Made by a program: the position numbers and the translations under genes
IMG/VR virus record: IMGVR_UViG_3300050821_006746
Location: 45,142-109,141 of that record
Origin: a virus
Length of the DNA: 64,000 nt
Reading direction: 5' to 3' (one strand)
Shown: positions 10,678-21,418 of the stretch, piece by piece
Position numbering within the stretch: the stretch's first letter is position 1
Layout: each line of letters begins with the position of its first letter
The notes under the pieces: generated by a model
Seen by the model: the letters and a program-made list of their open reading frames with translations, nothing else
What the model was told of the DNA's origin: nothing
Database searches by the model: none

Positions 10678-12318
10678 ATGATGGCAAACGCAGTTAGCCC
10701 ACAGGATGAGCAGAAGATCAGCGAAAAGCAAAACACACCCTGGCGTGTGAAATTTACCTGCGACAAGAAAAACCCATCCTATCAAGAAATCCGCAAGGAT
10801 CTTTTTGTTGCCTGTTGGGGCAATGCCAAGATGGTAGAGGTGCTATTTCACTTCCTGAATACTGGTAGTTGGAAAGCGCATCACAACCACATGGACGAAA
10901 ACACACGTGTGATTGTCCTCCAAGAAAAGCACTCTGAGATTTTAGCTAAAGTTAAACTTAAAGTCTCAGAGCCTACGCTTATCACATTCCTCAAGATGTT
11001 TGCTCAAGTTGGCTATGTTCGCAAAGCAGCCCGCAAGGGAGCACAAGAGATCAACTTTGAGGCCGTAGAGAAAGCATTCACAAACCCGCCTGAGAAGCCG
11101 GTTATCAGCAAGGATTTAAACTTAAATTTAAGTTTAAATAGTGAGCGGTCAAATGAGGTGGATAACCTACGTCAAGAGGTCGTCAATTTGCGCGAACAAG
11201 TGCAGGATTTAAGTTTAACTTTAGTTGGATTTAAGTCACTGTACGCTCAATTTGAGCACGAATTTAAGTTTAACTTTAGCTCGCGAACTAAAGAATTTAA
11301 CTTAAATGAATCGCCTGAGAGCACACAGGAAGCCAGCTCAGACCCACTTTTTTTTCCTAAGAATCCTTCTTTAGATATAAGAGATAGAGAAGAAGATGAA
11401 GAGAGTAAGAAGGACGATTGCGCTATCGCGCCGCTCGCACCTACATTTTTCGCTTTGCTTCCCTGGCTTTGGTCGGATGGGCTGGAAACACCCACAAGGT
11501 TACTTGTGGAATTAAACTCCACTATGCCAGTTGGTGAACAACAAAGGCGCTTATGGGCCACTGAGCAGTACAAGCAGGAATTAGCTTCTAAAGGTTGCCC
11601 TGTGATGGTAGAGATGGTTTCAGAGCCTCCACAGAACGCCATTGATGCTGCTGCTACTCCTGAGTGGATTCTGGTTCTCATGGAGCCAGCACAACCCAAA
11701 CAAGTATACGCTTCATATAGCCAGGAGTCACCTACACCCCCAGAGCAAAGTATAAAAGATACGGAGGTTGGTGCGGCGCGTGGCTATATGCAAAGTACAG
11801 ATGCAAATATACCTTCTGAGCAGAATAAGTCCACAAAGCGCACACGTGGCAAGAAAGCAGAGAAGGTTGAACAGTCAAGCCTCCCTTTTGACAAGGGCAT
11901 CGCGCTAAACGAGGATGAACAGCGCATTTCTGATTGGTTCTGCAAGTTCTGGTTTATCAAAATCCCGCCAACAGTAAACGCATTGTACAAAAAACATTGT
12001 GGAACTTTAGTGCCTTTTGTCCATTCTTGGGAAGAAATGCAGAGTTTAGAGAAAGTGGCGCGAGTTTGGTTGCAAAGCCAACTTAAACCAGGGACAAAGG
12101 TTGGTGGATTGCATCTAGGTAATTTCACAAACACCAATGTTTTGAATAATTGGCAGCCAGATTTACCAGACAATATTGTCGCTATCGACTCAAAACAACG
12201 ATCTGGGGTTGATACCTTTGCGCATGTACCAGCCTTTGGAGGGAAAACCGAAGAGCAATTAGATGCTGAGTTGCCGGAGACTCTTGAGTTTCTTCGTGCG
12301 AGAGGCATAGCCATCTAG
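10678..12318 (+). CDS. Putative replication initiator protein
   Basis: Immediately upstream of DnaC-like ATPase; contains internal AT-rich iterons. Confidence 0.65.
   Translation: MMANAVSPQDEQKISEKQNTPWRVKFTCDKKNPSYQEIRKDLFVACWGNAKMVEVLFHFLNTGSWKAHHNHMDENTRVIVLQEKHSEILAKVKLKVSEPTLITFLKMFAQVGYVRKAARKGAQEINFEAVEKAFTNPPEKPVISKDLNLNLSLNSERSNEVDNLRQEVVNLREQVQDLSLTLVGFKSLYAQFEHEFKFNFSSRTKEFNLNESPESTQEASSDPLFFPKNPSLDIRDREEDEESKKDDCAIAPLAPTFFALLPWLWSDGLETPTRLLVELNSTMPVGEQQRRLWATEQYKQELASKGCPVMVEMVSEPPQNAIDAAATPEWILVLMEPAQPKQVYASYSQESPTPPEQSIKDTEVGAARGYMQSTDANIPSEQNKSTKRTRGKKAEKVEQSSLPFDKGIALNEDEQRISDWFCKFWFIKIPPTVNALYKKHCGTLVPFVHSWEEMQSLEKVARVWLQSQLKPGTKVGGLHLGNFTNTNVLNNWQPDLPDNIVAIDSKQRSGVDTFAHVPAFGGKTEEQLDAELPETLEFLRARGIAI
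10932..11307. repeat. Iteron-like repeats, probable replication origin
   Basis: TTTAAGTTTAACTTTAG at 11208 and 11263, inverted at 10946; perfect 26-bp palindrome 11114-11139. Confidence 0.7.
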
Positions 12319-12332
12319 AAAGGGTAACGGTT

Positions 12333-13289
12333 ATGGATAAGAAAGCAAAAGAGCGTATGCAACAAGCCATTGAGGATGCCAAGCGCAGACGAGAGCACAT
12401 CTGTGATGATCCACAACCTCTAGGCAACCTGCTTCCAACATTGCCCAAAATTGTTGCCTTGACGGGTGTATACCCTGAATTTTTGTTTGAGACGCAGCCG
12501 AGCAATTATAGCCGCAATCCAGATGATCTCATGTATCTTTGTCCAACGTGTGGACAATGTTTCGGTGTAATCAGAAAGTCAAATGGCTATCGGCGGCGTC
12601 CTTGTCAGTGTATGCAAGACGAATACGACCGTCAGGATAGACTACGCTTTCAGGAGAGTGTGCGCCAAGAGCGCCTGGCAGTGCCAGTCAAGGAGCGAGT
12701 GACTTACACCTGGCTTGGTATGGACTATAGCGCGTTGGCAGAGCACTCACTGTCCAATTTTGAGATGCAGTATCAGCGCAACGCTTTTACGTTGGTTGCT
12801 GGCTACGTCAAGCAAAATTTAGCCCGTAGTGCCGAAAAGGATAACCTCTTGATTTATGGCGAGAAGGCAGGCTTGGGTAAGACTCATCTTGCGGCGGCAT
12901 TACTTAATCTCTGCTACGAGGATGGCTATTCTTGTTTGTTCATGCTCGCAAAGGATTACTTCGATGCGCTATGGGCATCTGACTTCAAGGACCGCTTGGC
13001 ATTGCGTCAACGAGCGAGCAAGGCTGATTTCTTGCTCATAGACGACATTGACAAAGCTGAGCAAAAAGATACGAGCGCTCAAAAGTCAGAATTTTTTCAA
13101 TTGCTCAATTTGCGTTATGAGGCTGGTCGTCCAACATTCTTCACGGCAAACTCTGCTGATCTTTCTAGGTGGTTCAATGAGTGGACAATAAGCCGGGTAC
13201 AAGAGCGCTTATTGAGGATACCCGTTGCTGGTAAAGATTATCGAGAGATTCGCGCTGAACGTGCAAGGCAAGGGATAAACGCAGGCTAG
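12333..13289 (+). CDS. DnaC/IstB-like AAA+ helicase loader
   Basis: Zn motif CPTC...CQC; Walker A GEKAGLGKTH; Walker B FLLIDD; RYEAGRPTFFTAN; GKDYR. Confidence 0.88.
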   Translation: MDKKAKERMQQAIEDAKRRREHICDDPQPLGNLLPTLPKIVALTGVYPEFLFETQPSNYSRNPDDLMYLCPTCGQCFGVIRKSNGYRRRPCQCMQDEYDRQDRLRFQESVRQERLAVPVKERVTYTWLGMDYSALAEHSLSNFEMQYQRNAFTLVAGYVKQNLARSAEKDNLLIYGEKAGLGKTHLAAALLNLCYEDGYSCLFMLAKDYFDALWASDFKDRLALRQRASKADFLLIDDIDKAEQKDTSAQKSEFFQLLNLRYEAGRPTFFTANSADLSRWFNEWTISRVQERLLRIPVAGKDYREIRAERARQGINAG

Positions 13290-13948
13290 TGTTAAGAAAG
13301 GATACACTCACCATGAGTTACATGCCATTTAACGATGATAACCAACCATTATATGCTGATGAGAACGAAAATATTCTTTTACGTGTGAAAGACCTCAAAA
13401 AGTTGATTGAGGATGATGTGCATTTGTCCGTTATTGATTTGAAGTCGATGAGCGTAAACAGCGACCCTGAAAAACTGCAAGAACTATATCCTGCTCTTAT
13501 GCCAGATCGCGTGTGGTTTGTTTGGGCTACGTTTCAAGCACCAGAAGGTTTAAAAACCTCACGGGCCTTTGTCATGTTGAAGGATGGTCAACTTTCTCTT
13601 CCTCTTGGGATGTTTCTTCATCTGGAGACGTTTCTTGCTGCTCATCGAAAACAGGCAAAGCGAGATATACCTGATTTGACACTGGATTATATTGAGACGT
13701 TGGAATCGATCATTGCTGACGATTGGCGTTTCTGGCGTGATTTTGTATATTTCCTTGATCGTCACCATGCTCAGTTATTCGTTCAGGGAACACTCAAACC
13801 GCAATTTGAGAGACAGATCGTTGATTTGTATAAAAATTTTAGGTCAGTTAACTTTTTTTCAACGGAAAATGAGGCAATTGATCCATTCCCTGGCGGCAAG
13901 TTTAGTTTTGTGGAGAAGCGCGATATCGAACGCAAGAAGGAAGAATAA
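13289..13948 (+). CDS. Hypothetical protein
   Basis: 219-codon ORF in operon; likely start ATG 13313. Confidence 0.6.
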   Translation: MLRKDTLTMSYMPFNDDNQPLYADENENILLRVKDLKKLIEDDVHLSVIDLKSMSVNSDPEKLQELYPALMPDRVWFVWATFQAPEGLKTSRAFVMLKDGQLSLPLGMFLHLETFLAAHRKQAKRDIPDLTLDYIETLESIIADDWRFWRDFVYFLDRHHAQLFVQGTLKPQFERQIVDLYKNFRSVNFFSTENEAIDPFPGGKFSFVEKRDIERKKEE

Positions 13949-13950
13949 TC

Positions 13951-14349
13951 ATGGCACAATGTACAGCGCTCGCTTGTCCACGTTTGCACGCTGATCCCGA
14001 AGATCGCACAATGGCTATCGACTTCTCGTCTTCACTGGTTACGCGTGACGCGCTCGGCAATACGTGGTGCAACTATTGCATCAAACAATGTGAACTCATA
14101 AATTGGGGGAAGGCGCATAACTGGCCTGAAATCCATGTCACTGGAGAGCGAGGTAGATATGCCATAGCACAAGGTCAATGGCATTGGCTGACGAGCGTGA
14201 TGGGAAGTAACCAGGATGCGATAGACGCCTACCATGCCGCTGTGATAGCTGGGAACGAGGCTATGGAGCAGGAGATCGCGGAGAGTGTGGAGCGGGCGCA
14301 TGATGCGAGGTTGCAGGCGAGGCGCGAACGTTGGTTGCACACGAGATAG
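13951..14349 (+). CDS. Hypothetical Cys-containing protein
   Basis: RBS, CxxxxC...CxxC. Confidence 0.6.
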   Translation: MAQCTALACPRLHADPEDRTMAIDFSSSLVTRDALGNTWCNYCIKQCELINWGKAHNWPEIHVTGERGRYAIAQGQWHWLTSVMGSNQDAIDAYHAAVIAGNEAMEQEIAESVERAHDARLQARRERWLHTR

Positions 14350-14998
14350 CCTTGTGCAACAATGATAATGGATGAGATAAGCCAGAGGAGAGATAGAATG
14401 GATCAGTTAACCGTATATGCTGTGTTTTTCTATATGGATGATGACGTGCCCGATGTTTACTGTCTAGACGAAGCAGTTGCCAGGCAGATGGCTAGCAACT
14501 ATGAGTCTGGCGATTATATCCTGTTGCAGGTGAGTGAGCAGGAATGGATGAGCCTGTTGAGAGGAGAGCGATAGTGGGTTGGTATACAGATGTGGTTGTC
14601 CACGTATCCATTTTGGAAAACGACGATGAGCAGGATAATTTGCGCCTCTTGCCTGAATTGCAAGCCGTGGCGCGGTTATTTCCTGTGCCAGACTGCTCGC
14701 ATTTTTACGCTGGCACAACCAAAGGCTCTCACATTGATGTGATACTAAAGGGCATCGGTGCTATCAAGTGGGAATATCCCGAAGACGTGCAGGTGTGGTA
14801 CAAAGACGAGCACGACGAGACTTTCAGGCTTGTTATGGGTGTGGAAGAGCAGGATAAGCGGATTGTGGAGCGGGATAGATTGCTGTATGAGGCGTGGGAT
14901 TTGCTTATGGATGTGCAGGTATTTATACCACCTGAGAATTACGATTTGACTTGCGTGAAGAATTGGATTGAGAAATACAAACAGTTGAAGGGCGAAGA

Positions 14999-15463
14999 AT
15001 GAAAATAATCCCTGTGGGCTATGGCAACCCGAAGCACCGTGAACTTATCCCTGTGCTCATGCAAGATCCTGATGCCGTGCTAGTGAGTGCGTGCCACTCA
15101 GATCGTGCAGCGCTCTACACATGGAGTGTTGCCAATCTTATAAAGCGCTATGGTGAACAATTCAGGTGGATACCTCCACTTGGCAATATTCACTACAAAC
15201 ATCCTGAGTTTGGCATCCAGATTGCCGATCTCGACACCGGCTTATCTGATGTCTACGATTTGTTGTTGTTGGGTAAAACGGCGCTGATTATGTGTGGATG
15301 CGGAACGATGGAACCAACGAAGAAACATCCACACGGGTGTCATCGGCGCATTATTTGCGATGCGATGGCAGTGAGGTATGCAGATGTGGAGATTGTTCTA
15401 CCTGAGACGATCTCGCCAGACGGCACGATTAGCGCACGTCAGGCGGGCGTGATGACACGTTGA
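14999..15463 (+). CDS. DUF488-like protein
   Basis: IIPVGYG, WIPPLGN, ALIMC...CHRRII pattern. Confidence 0.65.
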   Translation: MKIIPVGYGNPKHRELIPVLMQDPDAVLVSACHSDRAALYTWSVANLIKRYGEQFRWIPPLGNIHYKHPEFGIQIADLDTGLSDVYDLLLLGKTALIMCGCGTMEPTKKHPHGCHRRIICDAMAVRYADVEIVLPETISPDGTISARQAGVMTR

Positions 15464-15560
15464 CCGTGTTGGACGTGGGATTTTTATGTTGCGATTTGTG
15501 GGGCTTTTAACGTGGCTCTCAACGCGTTAAAATGGGTATAGCGAAAAGGAGCAAACAGAA

Positions 15561-15947
15561 ATGATTAAGAATTGCCCACAATGTGGCGGATTGATCGGCT
15601 TGAATGCCGAAAAGATAGCGCGAACGTTGGAGAATACTTTTGTCTGTGAAGGGCACCCTCAGCCATCGCCACAAGATACGCAGTTTCGTCAATGGGCTAC
15701 TGCTGTCTGGGATAAACTGTTGGGCGATAGCCGCTACATCGACGTGTCAACGGGCATGGGCACTGAATTGGACACAGAGGACAGTGATCACAAGCCATAT
15801 ATCGATATCCTTGCGCGTGCAGGTTATGTGCTTGTAGAGCATACATTTACGGAATTTTGGAGCGGGGCAGACGCAGAGGTAGGGCATTATCCTGACATGG
15901 AATCTATCCCTGATTTGCCAGAGTTACCAGAGGAGAAGACAAGATGA
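15561..15947 (+). CDS. Hypothetical protein, ARAGY/IPDxP paralogue family
   Basis: TQFRQWA...ILARAGYVLVEH...IPDLPELPEE. Confidence 0.7.
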   Translation: MIKNCPQCGGLIGLNAEKIARTLENTFVCEGHPQPSPQDTQFRQWATAVWDKLLGDSRYIDVSTGMGTELDTEDSDHKPYIDILARAGYVLVEHTFTEFWSGADAEVGHYPDMESIPDLPELPEEKTR

Positions 15948-16225
15948 ACAGGGATAATCAATTTGCCGGATCGGCAAAGGCGGTCTATGAGAAATTTGTG
16001 CGAAATGTTCTCTTGTCCGATAAGGGGATGGACATTGAAGCCTTTAAGCAAGAGCAAGAAACTATTCTTGCACGTGCTGGCTATGCTCTTGTGAAGCAAG
16101 CGATAGACGAAGCCCATTCAGTACTGAATGGGAATTGTACGGATTGCTACGAACACATCACCGCTTATGATGTTTTGCGTGACATACCAGATATGCCCAC
16201 ATTGCCAGAGGAGACGACAAAATGA
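15944..16225 (+). CDS. Hypothetical protein, ARAGY/IPDxP paralogue family
   Basis: NQFAGSA...ILARAGYALVKQ...IPDMPTLPEE. Confidence 0.7.
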   Translation: MNRDNQFAGSAKAVYEKFVRNVLLSDKGMDIEAFKQEQETILARAGYALVKQAIDEAHSVLNGNCTDCYEHITAYDVLRDIPDMPTLPEETTK

Positions 16226-16710
16226 GTATTGATAATCCCACTAAACACATCCTTGTAAAAGATGTACATCAGTTTGAATGGATGCTCTACCGGCGTGGCT
16301 GCACATCGTTTGCTTCGTGGAGTGATGTGCATGGAATGGTGTACGCGACGATGCTTGGTAATGAGGTATATCAGTTTCGAGAAGACTTTTTCTTGCACGA
16401 GACTGTAGAGATTGTTTCTCATCGTCTAGAGGTTATGATGGGCAACGGGATGCACTTTGTTTGGTGCAAGCAGTGCCACGAGCCATTGTTGAAAATAGAG
16501 ACAGGACATGCAGAATGGATTGAAACTGGTGGCGATGCGTATCAGATGTATGATAATGCGATTATGCTGATGCCAGGCGTTGCCTTTGAGATGACAATCG
16601 AATATCGTAGCGCGAAGGCTGGACCCGCTTCACCTGTGATCGAGTCTTGTGTAAATTGTGGCGTGTTGTTGGACGGGAACACTAGCGAGATCGAAGATTG
16701 CCAGGATTAG
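16222..16710 (+). CDS. Hypothetical Zn-finger protein
   Basis: CKQC...CVNC; ATGA coupling. Confidence 0.6.
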   Translation: MSIDNPTKHILVKDVHQFEWMLYRRGCTSFASWSDVHGMVYATMLGNEVYQFREDFFLHETVEIVSHRLEVMMGNGMHFVWCKQCHEPLLKIETGHAEWIETGGDAYQMYDNAIMLMPGVAFEMTIEYRSAKAGPASPVIESCVNCGVLLDGNTSEIEDCQD

Positions 16711-16887
16711 GCCCAAGAAAAAGAAATAGCCAGTGACCCAACGTACCAGAGAAGCGCACATGAGTATGCACCAGTTTGGTATCTCTCGTGTGCGCTTTAT
16801 ATTGCATTGCAATATATCAATACGCGGCAATTCGTGCTAGAATGTGCTCAGAATTCCAATCCTTCACAGTGACGAGGAGACACCATC

Positions 16888-17247
16888 ATGAGCTTTCTAG
16901 ACCGTATCCGATTACAACGACCCACCTATGCCACAAAGATTATCGTGCCCGAAGAGATCAAGGCATTCGATCCCATTACGCCACTTCCTGAGCCACCAAC
17001 GCCGCTTGTCGTACAAGTGCAGACGTGCGGTTATTGTGGCGGTCCATGCGAGAGTGAGCCGCATCAGTTCACAAATGGTGATTTGTACTTGAAGCGGTTG
17101 CCTTTCTCTTTCTTGTGCAACTCTTGTTGGAAGATGCGTGAGGACTTGCGCACACGGCATAATGTGGCTAACACCAATACCCTTGTAGTGGGCAAGCCGC
17201 AGCGTATGCGCAAGGTAGAGGCGCGAGCAGAGGCAGAGCAGGCGTAG
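16888..17247 (+). CDS. Hypothetical Zn-finger protein
   Basis: CGYC...CNSC; RBS GAGGAG. Confidence 0.6.
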   Translation: MSFLDRIRLQRPTYATKIIVPEEIKAFDPITPLPEPPTPLVVQVQTCGYCGGPCESEPHQFTNGDLYLKRLPFSFLCNSCWKMREDLRTRHNVANTNTLVVGKPQRMRKVEARAEAEQA

Positions 17248-17256
17248 GGCAAAGAG

Positions 17257-17284
17257 AGAGGCTAGCGTTGGTTGCGCTAGCCTC
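17257..17284. terminator. Hairpin between convergent gene blocks
   Basis: GAGGCTAGCG-loop-CGCTAGCCTC. Confidence 0.6.
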
Positions 17285-17294
17285 GTGGGATTGA

Positions 17295-19650
17295 CTAGAG
17301 GTCACTGTAGTGTTCCCACGGCCAAGTACCATCATCGTACATCCACTGCCACTCTGCTGTGCTAAATGTTTGCAGGTGCTTATCGTGCTGATAGACGTGG
17401 ATAATTTCTGAATCGTTCTCATCCTCCTTGAGCGTGATATGGCAATCCTCAAGTGCGTTGGTCAAGACGCCTGCTTGATCCATCTCGAAACACGATGTTG
17501 CGTTGTCGTCGCCTGCTGCATCAGAGTTGTTCTCGTGTGAGTAGATAGCCTCTACAGCGGCGCGCACCACGTAGACCTCGCTGAGCAGAGCGCTTAGGTG
17601 CTTGTGTAGGCGCTGGTTCTCTTTGCGTAGCGCTTCCAGTTCGGTTAGGGGCTGTTGTGGTTGGTCGTGCATGTGCTATTCTCCTTCTAACCAAAGTGTG
17701 GTATGTATTCCGGTTGAAACTCACGATCAATAAGTTGCTCTGCTTTTGCCTGTGCCTCTTCTTGCGTGGCTTCGGTTGCCTCAGTCACACTAAACGGCTT
17801 CTTGACGCGATAAAACCACATGCCGTCATCTGCTGGTTTAACGAATGCGCGAATGCCGTTTCTGTTGTCTCGATTGGCAAAAACGATGTGGAGTGTGTCG
17901 GTGTTATGGGCACGACGCCAGTAGTAGAATTTCATGGTTGTTCTTCCTCTGTGACTTTGCTAAGTTTCCGTTTGAGTTCTCGTTTATGCTCACTCGATAG
18001 GTTGATAGCCTTCTCCAGATCGTCTAGAAGATCATCAGGTGCTTCCAAGATGAGCAAGAGCGTTCGCACAAAGAACTGTACGAGATAGTCGTGCGTTGAT
18101 TCGTATTCATGGCGTCGTTCCTGCGTTTTCAAAACAATCCTCCCATTTTCGTGATCTGCCTTGCGTCGAATAAACGCGCTTATCGTTTTCGTCGAGGATC
18201 ACATAATAGCCGCTGTACACCGTCGCATGATCCCAATTGGCCGCTTGCTGTGCCTCTTCTAGCGTCTCCCACGTTAGCGGTGGTGAGTGCCCGATTGCGC
18301 CGTGTGTGAGGACGTGGAAGCCCTCACAGCCACTATAAGCCATACGATACATACTAAAACCCCGCTATTTTCGTTGTATCTTTGCCCATACGGTTGAGCA
18401 TCCGATAGATGTTGTTTTGTGCCCACTCCGCAGCGAGCCAACAATCATCAACATAGAGGTACTGGATTTGTTGGATCTCCTCCAGTGTGATCGTTTTCCA
18501 CTCAGGCTCTCCCAAGCGGATGTACATTTCATCTAGCCAACTTGAGAGACGTGGAGCGCTCTGCTCGTAGTGTCGAACAGCTTCCGCAAGGAACTGCTTG
18601 AACTTTTCGACAGATAGAAACTGTTTAGGCACTATCGATTCTCCCTTATGGCTTGCAGGTGTTGGCACATGGTACGCCCGCCGTCGAATTTGGTAAACAT
18701 TGTGCTTAATGCCATCTCTAGTCCCTGATTGCCCTCCGCCATTTTCCAGATAGCCGCCTGCGCTGCATCGTCATTGGCGTCAAATGCCTGAGCGTACTCC
18801 ATCAGGTAATCGCGCTTGCCTGCGTTGATACGTTCTAGGCGGGCCTGTGCCGCCTCTCTAGCCAGGTCAAACACGTAGTCGTTATGCAGCGCCTTCATGA
18901 GGCTGAGCGCCGTGTTATAGCGTGCCAGAGCAGCGCGGCGCTCTCCTGAAAATTCCGGTGCGTACATCGCGTGACGGGCTTTATCGCCCGCTACCTCTGG
19001 GTTAATGGCTAGACGCTGGCATTCAGCGATGGAGGCGTCGAGTTCGCTCTGGCGTTGGGTGCCCAATGGGCTAGATTTGCAGTTCTTACACATGTTGTGC
19101 TCCTGACCGGGAATAACGCGCCCGGTCTCGCGTGTGGTGGTGGTTATTTATGTGTTTGCGTGCGTTCGTTTAACATTGCGGTTTCTGATTGATCGGCTTC
19201 ATCGCGCATGCGATCTAATTTGCGCAGGAGTTCCATTGCTATTCTTGCGAAATTTTTATTTCCATCATGGGCATCCATTTCAACGACTCCGCGTAAATAG
19301 AACAGTTCAGCGCGTGTCAATTTGGTCTCTGCCATCTCATTTCTCTTCCCCAGGCGGATTATCGCGCCGCCTGCCCGCGAACTAATCGATTGCCAATCTT
19401 CTTGTTGACGTCTTGCCACTGGTGCGCTGTACACGCGTTGGGTTACGAGATCAGCGGGTGATGGTTGGCGTGGCTCTGGCTTGACTGGCGTGCCATCTTC
19501 ATGGTGACGAATGAAGCACTGAATTTCATGATCCTCTGGGCGACGTACTGTGCGACCCCAAACCTTGCGAGCGGCTTTGCGTGCGCCGATTTGCGTGTTA
19601 GCCTCTACGGCAGCGGTGCGCGTGCCCCAAGTGCAGTCCCATACGAACAT
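17295..19650 (-). other. Leftward operon of small hypothetical genes
   Basis: Consecutive minus-strand ORFs with RBSs. Confidence 0.65.
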
Positions 19651-19702
19651 TGTCTCTATCTCCTCTTGGGAGACCAGCGAACCAGCCTCCCGATAATCTC
19701 AA

Positions 19703-20218
19703 CTATGCGACTTTGAGCGGAACCATGCGTCCGCCTAGTTCAGCGATTGGAGCTACCACGAAGCCGCGTCCGGTCAATTGTGTGTTGCACTGTTTGGCGG
19801 CACGTCCATTGGCAACCTTTGCCTCAAACTTCGTGTGCAGTTCCTCTTTGTGTTGTGTGACCATCTGTGCCATAAAAGCCGTATCTCCCATGCGCTCTTT
19901 CACAACCGGCTTAGCAACGATCTTCTCCGCCTCAGCAACAGCCTCTTCTCCTTGTGCTTGTATCAGCTCGGCCTTTGCAATCAACACTTCTTGAACGGCT
20001 TTGATGTGACAGCACTCAGAGTAGCCCCAAAGGTGTGCGTCGCAATCACAGAAGAAGACGCGAGTACCGCCAACGACTTCAGAGCGAACCTGGTAGTATT
20101 GGCTGGAAGAATTGCTCTTTACGGACCAACCCAGCACTTTACCAGTCAGTTTGTCAATCGCGGTGGCGATAGAGGCGGCTTTGATGAGCGGCTTGGCGGT
20201 TTTCTGCTTGCGTGCCAT
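19703..20218 (-). CDS. SWIM zinc-finger protein
   Basis: YQV...CDC...CCHIKAV (CxC-n-CxH). Confidence 0.75.
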   Translation of the reverse strand: MARKQKTAKPLIKAASIATAIDKLTGKVLGWSVKSNSSSQYYQVRSEVVGGTRVFFCDCDAHLWGYSECCHIKAVQEVLIAKAELIQAQGEEAVAEAEKIVAKPVVKERMGDTAFMAQMVTQHKEELHTKFEAKVANGRAAKQCNTQLTGRGFVVAPIAELGGRMVPLKVA

Positions 20219-20322
20219 GTTATTATCTCCTTGTGATGAGGGCTAAGGCTGTCAAATCTGTAACCCTCATCCGGTGAATGGCGCTTCGTAAGAGGCGCTT
20301 TTCTTTTTGTTTCTATATCATA

Positions 20323-20411
20323 ATTATACACTACGTTGTTAATTAATTGCAAGTGTTTTTGTGTGAGTTTTTGTGTTCCCTTGAAAATTGCAAGAACGTC
20401 GTTTATAATTA
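20323..20411. promoter_or_regulatory. Divergent promoters
   Basis: Leftward TTGCAA-N18-TATAAT; rightward TTGAAA-N17-TATAAT. Confidence 0.7.
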
Positions 20412-20438
20412 GCAAAACATACCAGACAGGAGATAGAT

Positions 20439-20651
20439 ATGAGCGATATTGACTTGAAGAATAGCTTTCTTCCCGACGAAGCTGCTAAGTACCTGGGGAT
20501 TAACGTCCAGAAGCTCAATAGATTAAGGCGTTTAGGCCGTCTACATGGTACTCAGGTAGGAACAACCAATCTTTTTACATATACCTTGGACGATCTGAGA
20601 AAAGCAGATTTGTCTGAAAAGAAGCGAGGACCAAAACCACATGGCACTTGA
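20439..20651 (+). CDS. Helix-turn-helix DNA-binding protein (HTH_17-like)
   Basis: PDEAAKYLGINVQKLNRLRRLGRL; KRGPKP tail. Confidence 0.8.
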   Translation: MSDIDLKNSFLPDEAAKYLGINVQKLNRLRRLGRLHGTQVGTTNLFTYTLDDLRKADLSEKKRGPKPHGT

Positions 20652-20712
20652 CTTTATTGATGTCGTCGTTTATAATTATTTTGTGAAAGACGCAGTGCAG
20701 TAATTATAAACG
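20648..20712 (+). promoter_or_regulatory. Promoter with repeated operator CGTTTATAATTA
   Basis: TTGACT-N17-TATAAT; operator at 20667, inverted at 20701, also at 20400. Confidence 0.65.
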
Positions 20713-20725
20713 GAGGTTTCCCTTT

Positions 20726-21361
20726 ATGAAGGAGAATGAGAAACGATGTTCTGTATGTAAAAAAGATTTACCTGCCACTCCAGAATTTTTTTATCGTAAG
20801 CGATCCCGTAAAGATGGTTTTAGTTCTAAGTGTAAGGGATGTGAAAACGAGAAAATCAAAGAACGCTTGTCATTGCCAGATGTTAGGGAGCGCAAATTGG
20901 CTTATGACAAAGCGTATGCTAGACGTTTAGAGGTGCGCGAGCATCGTAAGAAGTATTGCGATGTTTATTTTAGTGATCCAGAGGTCCAAAAACATGCTAC
21001 CGTTCGGCGCAAAGGTTATCGTCAACTTCCCAAAGTTCGGGGCAACAGGCGTGTTGCGGATCACACTCGTAGAATGCGAAAGAAAGCAATTTTAGGTGTA
21101 TTTACTTCTCGACAGATCCAAGAACAGTTAAAACGGCAACGCTACCGCTGTTACTATGCGGCGTGTGGTTATGCCAAATTTGAAAAATGTGACGGGAAAT
21201 ACATCTATCATATCGATCATACTTTTCCCGTTAGCCGCATTGCTGGTATGGATATCCCAGCAAATGATATCGGCTATTTGGTATTAGCGTGTCCTTCTTG
21301 CAATCACAAGAAAAGCAACAAATTCCCATGGGAATGGCCTGAAGGTGGAAGATTGCTATAG
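20726..21361 (+). CDS. HNH homing endonuclease
   Basis: CSVC...CKGC Zn finger; HIDHTFP, LVLACPSCNHKK; WPEGGRLL end. Confidence 0.88.
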   Translation: MKENEKRCSVCKKDLPATPEFFYRKRSRKDGFSSKCKGCENEKIKERLSLPDVRERKLAYDKAYARRLEVREHRKKYCDVYFSDPEVQKHATVRRKGYRQLPKVRGNRRVADHTRRMRKKAILGVFTSRQIQEQLKRQRYRCYYAACGYAKFEKCDGKYIYHIDHTFPVSRIAGMDIPANDIGYLVLACPSCNHKKSNKFPWEWPEGGRLL

Positions 21362-21418
21362 TTGAATTAACAATTAACATAGTGGGGCGGCTAATCCCGC
21401 CTCTGAGGAGAAACTGCA

